A stretch of DNA of 64,000 nt from the human T2T-CHM13v2.0 reference genome, Homo sapiens: the NCBI RefSeq assembly GCF_009914755.1, contig NC_060930.1; one strand, given 5' to 3'. Below are positions 43,193 through 58,620 of this stretch, piece by piece. The notes beneath the pieces are model-generated. The model did not search any database. It worked only from the letters and a program-made list of their open reading frames with translations, and was not told the origin of the DNA. Each line of letters opens with the position of its first letter. Positions within the stretch are counted from its first letter, which is position 1. A program made the translations under genes and the position numbers.

Positions 43193-46100
43193 CACGCTTG
43201 GAGGCGGGGCCTTCAGGCCTTCCTGCGCTTGTGTCTGTGAGATAAAGGCCTGAACTAAGGTAACAGGGAAGGAGAAAATGAAACTGAAGGAGGTAAACTG
43301 GAATTTGGAGACTGACGAGGAGAGAAAGGAAAGCATTCCAGGGAAACCCCAGTTTTTTGCTTGGCTACTTTGGGTAGGTGATGGTGTCATTAACCAGAAT
43401 CAAAAATGTCAGTGGTAGATTAGATTTGAGTGGGGAAATAAAAAGTTCTCTTTGAGATACACCAAATTTGAGGTACTTGTGGATTTCCCAGAGGCATCCT
43501 ACATAGGCACTTAGGAAGAGAGCCAGGGGATTCAGGGTGATTGTGTAGGTAGCAGGTAGCCAAGGCGTAGAGGAGACTACAAGGAAAAAGTTGTGTGAAG
43601 AGAGACAAGAACCTAGGACAGAAAGCCTGAGAACAAAATATCTTGTGGGCTGGGGAAGGGGAACTGGCTAAGTGTACTGGAAGGGAATGGGCATAGAAGT
43701 CCAATACAGGAAAAAAAAAATACTGTACAACGATGTCAGATCAGGAGAGGAAAGTTTAGAAAGTGTCACCTACTAAACTTCGTCCTCCATGATCTTGCTT
43801 TAAAGTTTGTTAAATTGCATTTAATTTAATTTCTACTCTCTGGTCTTGCTTCATAGTTTTTTCGGTATCCTCTTAAATGCCCCCCTTCCTAGCATTCTGT
43901 AAAGTTTCCTATTCTTTGATCATCTGTGATGTCCATAATATATCAGTTAGAGTGTTTCAATTTATGTTGCTAATTTTTTTTTTCTACTACTGGAAACATT
44001 TTTATGATTGTTATCTATTTTATTACTTCAAGAGCCCTCTGGATTCTCACCGATGCCTTTCTTCTTTTGAGATCCCATTCCTCTGGGACTTTGCAGCTGC
44101 CCTTTCATTCCTTCTGTCTTACTTCCCTTCCTCTCTGTCCTTTCTTCTTACCTCCCATTCACTCATCTTTGGGCTTTTCTCTTCTGTTAAAAGGCACTCA
44201 GGTTTTGTTTTTTAATTAAAAAAAAAACTTTGCTAAAGTTTTGTAACTCTTCATGTTTTGTCTCATCATTCATTAAACAAACATTTCTACTCCAACTTAC
44301 TGCAGGAATTATCCCTTTCCCCCATCTACTCCTGACTCATTTAACCCTTGCCTTTCTTGCTTCTATCCCCAAAACACTGCTAGAACTGCCTTTCTTGATA
44401 GCCTTGATTTCCTGATTACCAAAACCAGTTGCCCACTGTGGGACCATAAAAGGCTTTATTTACCACCCTTTTTTTTTCTTGGTAATGATACTAGCCTCTT
44501 TCTGGAGCTATTCTTTCCTTATCTCCCTTAGTTGACTCCATTTTGCTCATGTCTCAGGACAGTGTGTATTGTAATGCTGGATTCTTGATGTTCTTCTACT
44601 CATTCTCTCAATTAAAAAATGCCCCATAATTAACTATGGGGCCACAATCCTGAGGTCAAGGAGGCACATTGATAATGACTCTAGCTGACATAATATACTT
44701 AGCATTTATTGACTTCAAACTGTGTATGCTTATTTAGATATTTAAAAATTTGGCTGGCATTCCTGGGTCACAGTATCCTCTGCAAGATGGGTTGATGGAG
44801 AGCCTGATTTCGTGGTAGCTGCTATTTACTGGGCTGTCTTCCTTCCTCTCCTCCACTAGGATGTATTATTTCACATACTTGGTTTCATCTCACTATGTTG
44901 ACATATTGCTTTCATCACAGAATCTGGACTGCATATTTCTAGGTGAAGTAATCTAGGTGATGATTTACCTATACTAAAATCCAGTATTGATTTTCAATTT
45001 TAGATTGGCAGTCAATTGAGAATATTGCTCAGGAAATGCTGGCTTTTGCTGTTTTTCAAGTCCTCTGCCTTGGTGGTTGTCTTTAGCATCTCCAGTAAAG
45101 TTTTATAAAAACACATGAGCTTTTAGTCATTTGCTACTATCTGTAAATAAAGGTCTACAAAAAAAAACTAAAACTATGTTTGATTTTGGTGGCCAGTCTT
45201 GGAAGAGAGGAATTGAGGAAATACAGTAGTTAATGAGTAGTGGCATAGGATAGGGGAGGAAAATAAATTGAATCCTGGAGTTTCAGTAGGAATCAAGTGC
45301 ACTTGGGTAGCTGACAAAGTTGGGATTTGACTTATTGCTCCAGTATTCTCTCTTAGATTAGCCTATGTGCAAATATTACCTCCACATCGTAAACTTGATT
45401 GGTCTCTTTGCTTCTAGTCCATTCTATACTCAAATGTTACATTAATGTCCCCAATATTTCATCACCTGGAGGACTCCAGACTGCTAAAATGCCCCTTTAG
45501 CAATTCCTGACCTCTTCTCCCTACAATATGAGAAGAAAAAGTTGCTGTAGGGAAATCTACTAAAAGTCAAGGATGTGACAGTATTCCTCACTGAATTAAG
45601 CACTAAGTATAAGAGAGCTATTTTATTGCTAAGATTGATGAATGGGCATTAGTACATTGTTAATGCACTTAAAAGGGTATTGCACTAAACTTGAGCTCTT
45701 TGAGGACAGAGACCAGGCTGTGTGGTCTTCCAGAGGAGGACACAATGTGCACAGTGGATAATTGAAGAATGCATGCATTAAGAAATTAATGAAAGTTGAT
45801 CGGTAAGGACATAACTGTCATACACAAACTCAGCACAGTAAATTTGAAGACTTTTATTTAAAGCTTTGAAAGTCTGGCCCCTTGCTGGGCTTGTGTAGAT
45901 TTCTTTAGAAATAGGATAACTTACAGCAAAAATTTATTAAATATAAGTAGCTCATTGCAGATATTCATGATTTGGTAGTACATTGTAAGAAATAATAGAT
46001 TTATTCTGAGAATATGCTGCTGCTTTTCACCTGGTACTATAATCTGCTCATATAATTAGAACCTTTTGTGTTAACATTTCAATATCTGACTAAAGGAGAA

Positions 46101-46391
46101 ACACCTTGGGATAGTTAGGCTGTTGAAGACTAATGTAAGCTTTTTCAGGTGGGCAGTAACTGACCTGTTTTACTCAAAGGGAAACTTAAGTTTTATAGCA
46201 AGAGATATGGAGAGCTTGTATTTATTAAGATTTATGTGGATAAAATTTAGTTCGTGTTTTTTGAATTGAGTCTGTAGGGTAAATTTGAAGGTCTCCCTTT
46301 CTCCTCTGAATTCTAGCTATCCAGACATAGCCACTGTAAGGAATTTTTACAGTGTGTCTTTCCCAGTTTTGCTCTTGTAGACTCAAAAATG

Positions 46392-46393
<2 letters not shown>

Positions 46394-46438
<45 letters not shown>

Positions 46439-46550
46439 GAGATGAGATCTTGCTGTGTTGCTCAGGCTGGTCTCTTAAATCCTGGGCTCAAGCAATCCTC
46501 CTGCCTCCCAAATAGCTGGGATTACAGGAATGCACCATTGTAGCACAGCT
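46394..46550 (-). repeat. (TG)~20 microsatellite at the tail of an Alu monomer (FLAM-like)
   Basis: gtgtgt... at 46394-46434, followed by ttttgagatgagatcttgctgtgttgctcaggctgg. Confidence 0.9.
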
Positions 46551-46985
46551 GTATTTGAATTTTGTTTTACAAAAATTGGATCGTAGGATATACACTTTTC
46601 TGCAACATGCTTTATTAAAGAAATTCTCCCATATTTCTATAAAACAAAAGTATGTATAAATATAATTATCTTTTTAGTAGCTGTATAATCCATGTAGTAA
46701 TCATTTTCTTAACTATTAATGAACACTTTGACTGTTTCCACAGTACACTGTTTCAGTAATGCTGCTATGAACATTTTTATACACATATCTTTCTATACTT
46801 GGGTATTTCCATAAAATAGATTCCTATGAGTGCAATTTGAGTCAAAGGCTGTACTTGTTGAAAATATTGATAGACTACCAAGTTATTATTCAAAAGGTAG
46901 GGGGCCCTCCAGTTTATGCTGCCACTGTTGTGACTATGACCCTTTACCTAACACTGCATATTATGAATTAAACTTTTCAGTCTGA

Positions 46986-47375
<390 letters not shown>

Positions 47376-47586
47376 AGGGCATCTTTCATGAATGTTTCTT
47401 GCCATCTTTATTTTCTTTCTATGTGAAGTGCCTGTTTTTCTGTCAAGAAATTTGTTTTATTCTCGTCAATTTTTATGGAAAATCCTTTTTAAATAAACAT
47501 TTTGATGTTTTACTGTGTTTATAAATAGTTTTTCCTACTCAGTCATTTTGGTCTTCTGATTTTATGGTATTTTTGCTATTAAATGA

Positions 47587-47890
<304 letters not shown>

Positions 47891-47995
47891 TAAATGAATA
47901 TTTCTTAATACTTTGTTTTCTTATTTTTAGGGGACTTGAAATTTAACTAAAAAGACTGAGTGAGCACTTATTTTTTAAAACCCAAAATATCTTAG

Positions 47996-48345
47996 TGTAT
48001 TAGTCTGTTTTTACACTGGTATAAAGAACTACCCAAGACTGGGTAATTTATAAAGGAAAGAAGTTTAGTTGAATCAGTTCCACATGGCTGGGGAGACCTC
48101 AGGAAACTTAACAATCATGACGGAAGACAAAGGAGAAGCAAGCACCTTCTTCACAAGGTGGCAGGAGAGAAGTGAGTGCAAGCAGGGGAAATGCCAGATG
48201 CTTATAAAACCATCAGATCTCCACTCAGTCACAAGAACAGCATGGGGGAAACTGCCTCCATGATCCAATCACTTCCCTCCCTTGACATAAGGGGATTATG
48301 ATTCGAGATGAGATTTGGGTGGGGGCACACAGCCAAACCATATCA
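47996..48345 (-). mobile_element. THE1/MST MaLR solo LTR
   Basis: tgtattagtctg...cacagccaaaccatatca. Confidence 0.92.
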
Positions 48346-49289
48346 CTTGAGTTACAGCGGATAGCTTGGACCCCATTCCTTTTACATCTAGTAGGTAGCA
48401 GTTTATCAGAGCTTGGGCGGTCTTTTTTTTCCTTAAATGAGGTTCAAATCTATTAAACTCTCTGTGACTGGACTGCGTGGTATCGAAAGAAGCCTTGGAT
48501 GTAGGTTTGTTAATGAGATCTTTAAATGTTGACTAGTTTAGATGTTTTAAGTTCCTAATTTTTCATATGACTACAAAAATACTAAAATAATTTTACTTCA
48601 GTGACTTTGAGAAGATTCTCAAAATGAACTATAGGGGTGTTTTTTTCTGTTTTGGGGATAAATGAACATAAACAAAACTCCCCGAAAACCAGTGCGTGAA
48701 CTTTTAAAAGTTCAAAAATAAGCCATGAGCTTTGTAGAAATTAGCCTTACTGATAGTTGTAAATAGTTAAGGTTGTCTGATTACTTAAAACTTCTCATTA
48801 ACTTTTTATTTGTTGTGATGTATATTTATGAAATGGCTTTTTTTTTCAGTTTATTTCCACAAACATCACAGTAAAGAAAATAATTGAAGATTGAAAAAAG
48901 TATAATATTTAAAAAAAAAACCAAGTTGTTTTTTTTTTTTTTTTCAATGTATCTTAGAGAATCTTCTATGAGATTTGGGGGAGGAGTATAGGATGTCTAG
49001 GAAATGGCATTTTCAGGGGAGTTAATCTATTAGAAAAGTCATAATTAAAACTCTGAGTTAGTAGAAATCAAATATTGTTTAATATAATTCGTCAACTGAA
49101 TCTGCGTTAAGACATTCAATAATTGTATTATTGTTTTGCCAGTTTAGTTATTTGATTGATGCAAACCTGTCATCTGTACAATAAAAAAATAGGTATGTCT
49201 ATACTCTGTCAGTTTGTTTAATTTTAAAGCTGAAAGTTAAATTTTAGAACGCTTTTCATTTGCTTTTTTACCGTAAGTGGGAGCAGCTT

Positions 49290-50300
49290 TTAACTTCACG
49301 AAAACCACTCTCCTCAAAGTCATTAAAGACTTTCATGCTGACACATCCAGTCGTTTATCTTCTGATGCAGCAGCAGTTGATCACATCTTCCATCAAATTC
49401 TTCCTTCACTTGGTCTTCAGGACTGGCCTGTTGCCCAGACCTCAGGGTCTGATCCCAATACACACTCTTTTCTCCACTTATTCCCTAGGTGAAATATTTC
49501 ATTTTTGTGGTTTTAAGTGCTAATATATTCCAAATTTACATCTCTAAGTTTGGCCCTTGTTCTGAACTTCAGCCCCATATAGCCAGTCCCTCATATCTCT
49601 ATTTAGGTGCACTCTAGGCATCTCAAAGTGAGCCTGTCCAAAACTAAACTCTGATTTCCCACCACTGCACTCTCATCGGCACCGCACTCTCATCTGCTTC
49701 TTCTTCAGCCCTCTCCTAAGTCTTAGTGAACAGCAGCTCACTTTACCAATTGCTAATGTCCACAGCCTGGCATTCTTCTGGATTCCTTTCTTCCTCTCAG
49801 ACCATGATCATATCTAATCTTAGCAGCAGATTCTGTCAGCTCTACTTTCAAAATATTTTTATAATTTAACCACTTTTCACCATCTTTGCTTCTTACTACT
49901 GAATTAATCCAGGCTAACTTCATATCTCCCACCTGGGTTGTTCCAGTAACCTCTTACTTAGTCTTAATTTATTTCCCTTGTCTGCCTTTGCCCCCTTACA
50001 GTCTGTTTCCTACACAGACATACACTTCTAAACCTTAAGTTAAATAATGTAATGTTTCTATTCAGACTCCCCAATTTTTTTTTAATCACTCAGTGTACCT
50101 TGACCTACAAACCTTATTCCTAATACCGTTTTTTCACTTTCTCATTCTGCTATAGCCACAAGGGGCCTGCTTGCTATTTGTCAGTTATGCCAACCAGGAT
50201 TCTGCCTGGGATCTTAGTACTTGTTCCCTGGGCTTAGAATGTTCTTTCCCTACAATTAGGCTTTGCTCAAGTATCCTAGAAGTCTTTGTTGATTTACCCT
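49290..50300. mobile_element. L2 remnant
   Basis: Pyrimidine-rich L2 motifs (tctaggcatctcaaa..gtccaaaactaaactc; cagctctactttcaaaatat). Confidence 0.65.
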
Positions 50301-51184
50301 ATGTGAAACTGTGGGGGTAGCACTTTGGTGAAACAGGAGCTCCTCCCTAAATGGCAAGCTTTTTGAATACCTTGGCTTGAGTTTATTCGTAACTATCATG
50401 GTCACATTTCTTTGACAACATGTTCCATGCCTAGCAGTGATTCAGGCATTACAACCAGTCTCTTATTTCATTTGATTCCCACATCAGCAAAGGATATATT
50501 ACTATTATTTACATTTCTTTTAGTTAAATAGTGTCCAGAAAGTTTAAGGAATTAAGAGTTACAGACATAGCGAAAGGGTTTTCTTTCTCCCTTTCTGCCT
50601 CCCCCAAGAAAACTACTGACGTGAAACTTCATATGAGTAGATATAGTTTATTTAACAGCTTTGCATTATTCTGTTGTCCGTATTCTATCTCTGTCCCTAT
50701 CCAGAGATTAATAAATTGTATATACTTTTCCACAGTTACAAATGTGGATTTAATGAACAGTCTTGTCCATGTTTTCTTCTGTACTGATGTAAAATTTTTA
50801 GGATGAATACCTAGAAGTGGAATATTTAGATTCAGATTTTTTAGGTCCTGCAAAATTGATCTTGGAAATGGTTCTACCAATTTATATTCCAAACTTCAGT
50901 CTTCACCCTCCTCAATATATTCAGATTTGTTGATATGCTCTAAAGTATTTGAAATAATAATTTCAATTTGTTACCCTGATTTCCGTCGGTGAGCATGTTT
51001 TCATATGTTCATCTAGCCTTTACTTCCCTTTAATTGGATTTCTCTTTTTTACAGACTCAGCTGTGTATTAAACAGAATGTTCATTTTGTATTATTGTATA
51101 GTACAATGATTACTGATTGTTTAGTCTGCCATACTGCTGGAACTGGGTGTTTTCCACCCTTATTTTTATACAGCAGGATGAGAC

Positions 51185-51425
51185 GCAGTGCCGCATAGTG
51201 GTTGAAAGTGACTTGTTTCAAAATTGCCAGAGTATGAATTCTGGCCCACTGGTATTAGCTCTGTGAACATGGTCCACTTACTTGATCTTCCTTAGGCCCC
51301 GTTTCTTCATCTGTAAGACAGGAACAGTAATAATACCTACCTTATGGGGTTGTTGTGAAAAGTAGATAACGCATAAAAAGTACTTATTAGCACAATGTTT
51401 AGCATAAGGCAGGCATTTATACTGT
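51185..51425 (+). mobile_element. MIR, near full length
   Basis: gcatagtggtt...gtttcttcatctgtaa...aataatacctaccttatggggttgttgtga. Confidence 0.85.
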
Positions 51426-53086
51426 TGTTATTTGTAGTGCATTGTCATCATTAGTATTTGTGGGTTTTTTCTTTCCCTTGATTTTATATGTTTATCTTTG
51501 TATCATGTAATGTAACTTGTGGGGGGGGAGAGATTTCCAGCAACATGTTTAGGTTTAGTATTGTATGTTCTAGGTTGACTCTGCATTCTTGTTTGTTGCC
51601 GTTTCTTATTTTGTGTTCAATTATAGCTAGAAATGATAGTACCTTCTTCAAAAGTATCCTTATATGAGATTTTTTGAACAGTGTAATGTTATAAAAACCC
51701 AATCAGTGATTTTGAGGTTTTTGTTTCATGGAACTTTACACATCTTACCATATTCTTATCATATTCTGTATCCCTGTCTTTGAGTTCATGCCTATTGTGT
51801 ATTCCATTACTTACCTAAAGAATTTGTTTCAGAATGTACTTTTTAGAAATCTATATGTGTATGTGTTAGCCTAGGATATTTATTTAACAGTATAGAAGAT
51901 TCTCAAAAACAGGAGTTAAGAGTATTATTCTAGTGAACAGAGTGTTTCCATAAAATTAAATGAGAATCTACTTCACTGATTGGTTCTTTTCACCATGATT
52001 CTGTTTTGCAAAGAGAATTAATTAAGAAAACTTAATTGAACAGTGAGCTGGTTTCATTAGTGTCACTTTTCCTGTCGAGGTTCTAGGTTCCTTTTGTAAG
52101 TTACTACTGATAAGAATCCTCCTAAACAGCTTGACCTCCTTTCAGAAGTCCGTGTGCTGATTTACACAGCTTACCTTTTTGTTTTTCTCATGCCTGGTAC
52201 TAAGTGACATTCCAATCTGCTGTAGTCATTTGGTAATGCAAAGAGTGAAACTGGAAGGGTAGGCAGGAGGTACCGGTTGGCACCAAATATGCAGTTCAAG
52301 ATCACTCATGATACCAGGGAGAGAATGTCAAATACTTGAACCAGAACAACACATTGTTTTAGTTTGTAAAATTCCAGTTATAAGGCAGTAATAGTCATGT
52401 TACTCTACCTCAAAATTATTTTCTTTCTCATTTGTTCTTTTCACCTCTGTCCCAACCCCCCTCTCGCTCATGGATGTGTTTTGTGTGAAATGTGAAAGGT
52501 CTTAAGATAGTGGAGGCTTGAAAAAACTGCCTGTGTTTTAAAATGTGCTTGTGTTTGTTTCCTAATGCAGTACTTTGAAGATATTTTAGGTTTAGGTAAG
52601 TTGCTTTAAGTTTTTTTTTCTTAATTGGAGTAGGTTGAGTGCTGTGAATTCAATTTTTAGTGTACTATAAAAAGATAGATGGAAGCACTTTGATTATAGG
52701 AAGTTTCTTTGAATCATTTGCTATAGTTTGAGTGTTTACTTTAATGTGAAACTCACTGTAAATCCAAGTAAATGCTGATCTACCAATGTTCATGTATATA
52801 ATTTGTATGGTACATTATCTTCATCGTTCAAATTTAGAACCTTCTTATTATTTCACATACTTAAAGAAGAATCTTAGTTGCAGATTCAAGATGAAGATTA
52901 TAAAACATTTTCTTGGGTTTTCTTTCAGTATTATAATTTTGAGGCTGAATTTAAGAACATGGTTATTTTCTGTAGACACCAAAACATTTTATAATTTTGT
53001 GTATAGGTTGATTTGGGTAGATCAGTTATATCACTGGAAATGATTTCAACTCTCAGAAATTGTATTTCAACAATATAATTTTTTAT

Positions 53087-53284
53087 TGTGTGTGTGTGTG
53101 TGTGACAAAGTCTTGCTCTGTTGCCCATAGCTGGAGCCGATCTCGGCTCATTGCAACCTCTGCCTCCTGCAAGCGATTCTTCTGCCTCCTGCATTCAGGC
53201 GATTCTCCTGCCTCCTGCATTCAAGCGATTCTCCTGCCTCAACCTCCTGCTGGGGTTACAGGCACCCACCACCATGCCCAGCTA
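53087..53284 (-). mobile_element. Rearranged 5'-truncated Alu right arm with internal 26-bp triplication and (TG)n tail
   Basis: Repeat units at 53171-53196, 53197-53222 and 53223-53240. TSD ATTTCAACAATA(T/G)AATTT at 53064-53081 and 53285-53302. Confidence 0.9.
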
Positions 53285-53469
53285 ATTTCAACAATAGAAT
53301 TTGAAATATGTATAGTGCCATTCTATTTTTTCTACAAAGTTTGATGGTTTTCATTTTTCACGTCATATATACAGATCTTTAATATATACTCTGTTATTTT
53401 TTGCTTTTGTATTTAGTTTTGCTAGAGATAGGTTTTTTATACACATACACATAAACACAAACACACACC

Positions 53470-53690
53470 TTTCTTTTTTTAACTTTTAGGGTCAGGGGAC
53501 ATCTGCAGGGTATGCAGGTTTGTTACCTAGGTAAATGTATATCATAGGAGTTTGTTGTACTGATTATTTTATCAACCAGGTATTAAGCCTAGTATCCATT
53601 AGATATTTTTTTCTGATCTTATTTCTTCTTCCACCCTCCACCCTCCAGTGGGTCCCAATGTGTTGTTCGCCTCTATGCACACCCACCTTT
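53470..53690 (-). mobile_element. L1PA/PB 3' end
   Basis: tgcaggtttgttacctaggtaaa...caggtattaagcctagta. Confidence 0.85.
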
Positions 53691-54149
53691 TCAACTAGTT
53701 CTTGTGTAAGTGTAGGCAGTTGAGAATTTGTAGACAGGAAGTAATATTTATCAAGTGCCTCATATGTGGCAGGTTCCTTTATATAGTGTGAATCAGTTAG
53801 TAACCACCAAACCCTGTGAAATAGTAGCCCCTCCACTTTATAGACAGGGAACTTGAGAGAACTCAAGTGTTTGGCACAGATTCATGTGGGTATTAAGTGA
53901 AAGTAAAATTAAGTGGGATTTTACCCAATGTCTGGCTGTTTCCAAGGCTCTGCCTCACTTGCTTTTTGTATGACACACCTGTTGCTTGTTGAGTGTAAGC
54001 AAGCTATGTTTGGCTTCTGATGTTAAATAATTCATTATCCATTTTCAGAACCAAAGTTCTTGAGTTTTTGTAGCGCATTTTTAAAAAAAACAGGTTTACT
54101 TTATTTTGCACTTAATAGTTGGTAATTATAACTGAATTATTTTCATATT

Positions 54150-57100
54150 ACACATTTTTTAGCGTGAAAATTTTCAAACACAAATGAAACTCATTCCCTA
54201 GACTTCACAATTTTCAGTTTGTCGTTCTTAATTTTGTTGTTTTTAGGTGCACTGTTTTTTGAAGCAGATCCTAAAACCCGTCATGTTATTTCTTCCCTAC
54301 TTCAGTGTGCATCTAACAAAAATTCAACCATCATGCAATAATCTCATTAACAAAATTAGCCAGAATTCTTTGTTATTATCTGTTATTCGGTCCATACTGA
54401 GATTCCCTATATCTCTCAAGAATGTGGTTTTGCAGTTAATTTATTTGAATTGGAATCCAAACAAGGGCCACACATTATATTTACTTCTCCTACATCTCTT
54501 TTAATCTAGAGCGTTTATTTCATGCCATACACTTTGAAAATATTGGGCTACTTTTTCTGTAGAACATCTCTGTTCTAGACTTACCTGTATCTTTTACAGG
54601 GTGGTAGTGGTTTGACATGTTTCTCTAGCTTTAAAGGCTTGAATGGATTCAGGTCCAATTGTTGGACAAGGCTTTATAAGCAGTGCTGTGTATTTCATAT
54701 TGAATCCCATTAGAAGGTCAAGTGGTGACAGCCCCTGTACTGTCAAGTTCCTTATCACTGTTTCATTCGGAGATCTTTGTCTAAATCAGTTAATGGCTAC
54801 AAAATGGCGTTTTTCTAATTCCATTATTTCTCTTTACATTTATTGGCTGGAATTCTTTAAAAGATATGTAGACATAAATTCTGAGCTCCTGTATTGCTTA
54901 TTTTCCAGAGTAAGGAGTTGGTTGCTCTAGTTACCTTCAGTGCTAACATTGATTTTGTTTTGTTGGTGTTCTCATTTTTCTTTGGTATAATGAGCTGGTG
55001 GATTTTTATGTATTCCATGTTTCAGTAACTTGAGGTCATTTCTGCTGGTATTCAGATTGTCCCAAATTTGTCCAGCTGCAGTTTTTGGTTGGCTAGAGGG
55101 TTCTTTTGATATGAGTTAGTCTTTGAGAACTTCCTTGTTTTCCAGCATAACAAGATGTCCCAAACTCATCTTGTACATTTTCTGACCTAGACCTGGATTA
55201 AGCCATTTCTCCAAGTAGCTGTGGTTTCTTTTAGTGGTATTTAAGAGACTACAGTCTAAGTGCTAGAGATGTTCATTTTTACAGATTGTTGTTTGCTTCT
55301 GGGCCTTTTCAGTGGGAAAAACTAGGAGGTATTTATATTTTGTGGGGAGAAAAATCTGTATATTTCTACTGATGTTTCCAATTCAGAATGGCCTTGTATG
55401 GCTTTTACTTAATTTATTTAATTTTATATCTCTTTTCTCTTACATTGAAAACCTTGTCACTGTATAAACACAACTACCTGTTGGCTTTATTGTATCATAT
55501 AGTTATTATTACAACATATTGCCAGTATTATTACTAACAACAGGATATCTGAATGGGGATTTAAAAAATTCTGCAAAATTATTTGCAGATACTGACTTGT
55601 CAGTAGACTAGTCTGCTGGCAATTTAAAGTCAAAAGCTGTTGTCCAAAATCACTCAGAAAAAAATCTTTTTTCTGTATGCTAATATGACCAACTTGATAG
55701 AGAGTTAAGACTCATTCATTTCAGTTTGTTTTATGTTTCCAGCGATTGTCTTTTTTTGTTAAATAGTTACATGGTTCCAGAGCTGAAACTGTGTGATAAA
55801 GTACATTTAGAAAAGCTTTGCTTCCATCTTGATTATGTTTTGGTTTGTTCATGCATGGAAGGCATCTCTTTGAAGATGTAACCAAATACAGGTTGTGTGT
55901 TTGTGTCCTGTCTTTTCATATAATAGATGCTTATGACACATGCTGTTGTGCGTTGTGCTTTTTTCACTTAACTGTGTATCTTATGCATCATGCCATATCA
56001 CAGTATAAAGAGTTTTGCCCTAACTCTTAATGGCACCGTTTTATTCCACTCAGTGAATATACGAGAATTTTTTCAACCAGTTCCCTACTGCTGGATCATT
56101 TTCAAACATTTGCTTTTATAAACATTGCCACAGTGAATAGCCTTTCGCATTTCATATGTATTTTTTTTAGTGTATCTTTGGTATAGATCCACAAGAGAAT
56201 TGCTGTTTCAAAATGTACATGAGTATCTAATTTTACCAAATGTTGCCAAATTCTGCACCTTGGGTATATACTTTTTTTTCCCCTTCAGCCCCACAAAAAG
56301 ACTGGTTTCAAACCTTCAGATTTTTGCCAATTTGGGTGTTGAAAAATGGCATTTTACTATTAGTATTGTCTATTTTAAAGTTGTTTTATTGTGGGTGAGG
56401 TTGTTCATCTTTTTGTGTATTTAAGGGCCGATTCACTACTTTGTATGCTGCCTGAAGGTTTTTTTGGGTGCCCATTTTTCTATTGGGTTATTGGTTCGTT
56501 CTTCACAAATTTTAGAAACTCTTTATCTGTTAAAGAAATTATATTTCTTTCTGTGAAACAAGTTGGAAATTTTTTTCCCCCAGTGTGTTACTTGTCTTGG
56601 TACTTTACCTATTGTGTGCTTTTTGAATTTTTTGTGATATCAAAGTTTTACATTGTCAAACTTATTAACATTTCTTTAATTGACTTTGGATTTCAAGTCA
56701 TGGTTAGGAAGCTTTTCTTATTTCTAAGTTTTCATGGAGTTTATCCATTTTTTCTTGTACTTGTGTTGTTTCTTTTTTGTATCCCTTGACCATTTGAAAT
56801 TTATCTTAATGTACAGTGTGATGTATAGATCCAGTTTTCTCTTTGCCGTCTGTCTGTCCCAACACATTTATGAAGAACTTCGTCTTTTCCACACTGATTT
56901 GAGACCCACCTAAAAGTCTAGACTTTTTCTTTCATTTATGTCAAGGTGGTGTTTTAAATAGAGATTTTTATAGTTTTTTTAAACATCTAGTAGGCTGACC
57001 CTTCATATTTATAATTCTTCTTTTCCTGGATTGCTCTGGATTTCTTGCTTATTTTCCTCATAGGAAATAAAATCTTTTAAATTAGCTTGTTTAGTTCCAG

Positions 57101-57200
57101 GAAAAAAAGAAAAACCAACAAAACCATTGTATTTTTAGTTACTGTTTTCTTAAATTTATAAATTAAGTGTGTAACTTGATTTTTTTCAGAAGAAAATAAG
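54150..57200 (-). mobile_element. Old L1M fragments
   Basis: T-rich + strand with reverse L1M motifs (tggggtgaggttg-like; aatcagccatttctccaag-like); boundaries approximate. Confidence 0.65.
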
Positions 57201-58088
57201 CAAAAGGTTTTGTTAATATTACAAGAGAAATTCTGTTTTGAAAAACAAACTGTTCAATGATGATATTCAGTGTAATTTGACTTCAAATTTGTCTTCATGT
57301 CCTTGATAACTATAATTTTTTGTTGAAATTGAGTTTAGTTGACACAGTTTTCAAGGTATTCTAGTTTACTTAAGTATTTGAAGTGACATGGAATTCATAA
57401 ATTAATCTTTTTTAAAACTATTAAAATGAATACAGTTGTGATAAATTGTTTTTCGTGTGCTTGACAATACTGATCTAGTTAATTGGACGGTTGAACTACT
57501 TGTTGAAATGAGCCAAGTTGTCTCCTGCCTCCAGGAGTACCTTGGCAAATGTCTTCTTTCTTAAAATATTTTTAAAAATTATATATCAGAAGATAAGTTT
57601 AATCTTACAAAACGAAGTAGTAAGCCTGGCCACATTACTTAGTGAAAAAAGTAGGTGAGTTCAGAATCCACTCTGCATTACTGACCAAAAGTTAAGTCTT
57701 TGTGAATTGAACTTATTCTTGCAGTTTGGTCAGGTCCAGTCACCTTTCTTATTTAATTTAAAATGAGGATTCCCCCCTTAGCTAGCATTCATTGACTTTG
57801 AGAGTACTAGAACAGCCTGGTTTATTCTAGACAGTAGGAAGATAGCTTATAGCTTTAACAACTGTGGTTGATTTTTCTCGGAGCTGGAATAACATCAGGA
57901 ATTTTAGACTCCAGTGGTCACTTAGCTACACCAAATAGTGACCTGAATGTTTAGACAAGGGCCTGTATTATTTAAACCTCAGGATTGTAGTGGATAATAC
58001 AACACTTTTAGGGTAAAATTCTGCTTTAAGCAAATTGTGTTCACTTGTGATGCATCATTACTTTTCTGAGAAATGATAAGTCATAGTA

Positions 58089-58620
58089 CAGTAGTCCCAC
58101 CTATCCACTGGTTCACTTTCTGAGGTTACAGTTAGCCAGGATCAACTGTGGTCAGAACATACGAAATGGAAAATCCAAAAATAAACAACTAATATGTTTC
58201 GAATTGCATGACAGTTTAAATAGTGATGAAACCTCTGGCTGTCCAGCTATGTTCCACCCGGGATGTGAATCATCCCTTTGTCTGTCATCTCCATGCTGTA
58301 TATGCCTGTTAGTCACATATAGCTGCCTCATTTATCAGATAGACTGCTGCGCTGCCACAGAACTTGTGTTCAAGTAGCGCTTATTTTACTTAAGGGCCAC
58401 AAAATGCAAGAGGGGTGATGCTGACATATTGTTATAACTGTTCTAGTTTATTATTGTTAATCTCTTACTGTGCTTAATTTATAAACTTTATTATAGCTTT
58501 GTATGTATAGGAGAAAAAAACCTGTAGTATATATAGAGCTTTGTGCTAGTTGCCATAGCAGACGTCCAGTGGGGTGGGGGGTCTTGGAACATGTTCCCTA
58601 CAGATAAGGGGGAACTACTA
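58089..58620. mobile_element. MER44/Tigger7-like DNA transposon
   Basis: TA|cagtagtccc ... gggggaactacta|TA terminal inverted repeats. Confidence 0.85.
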
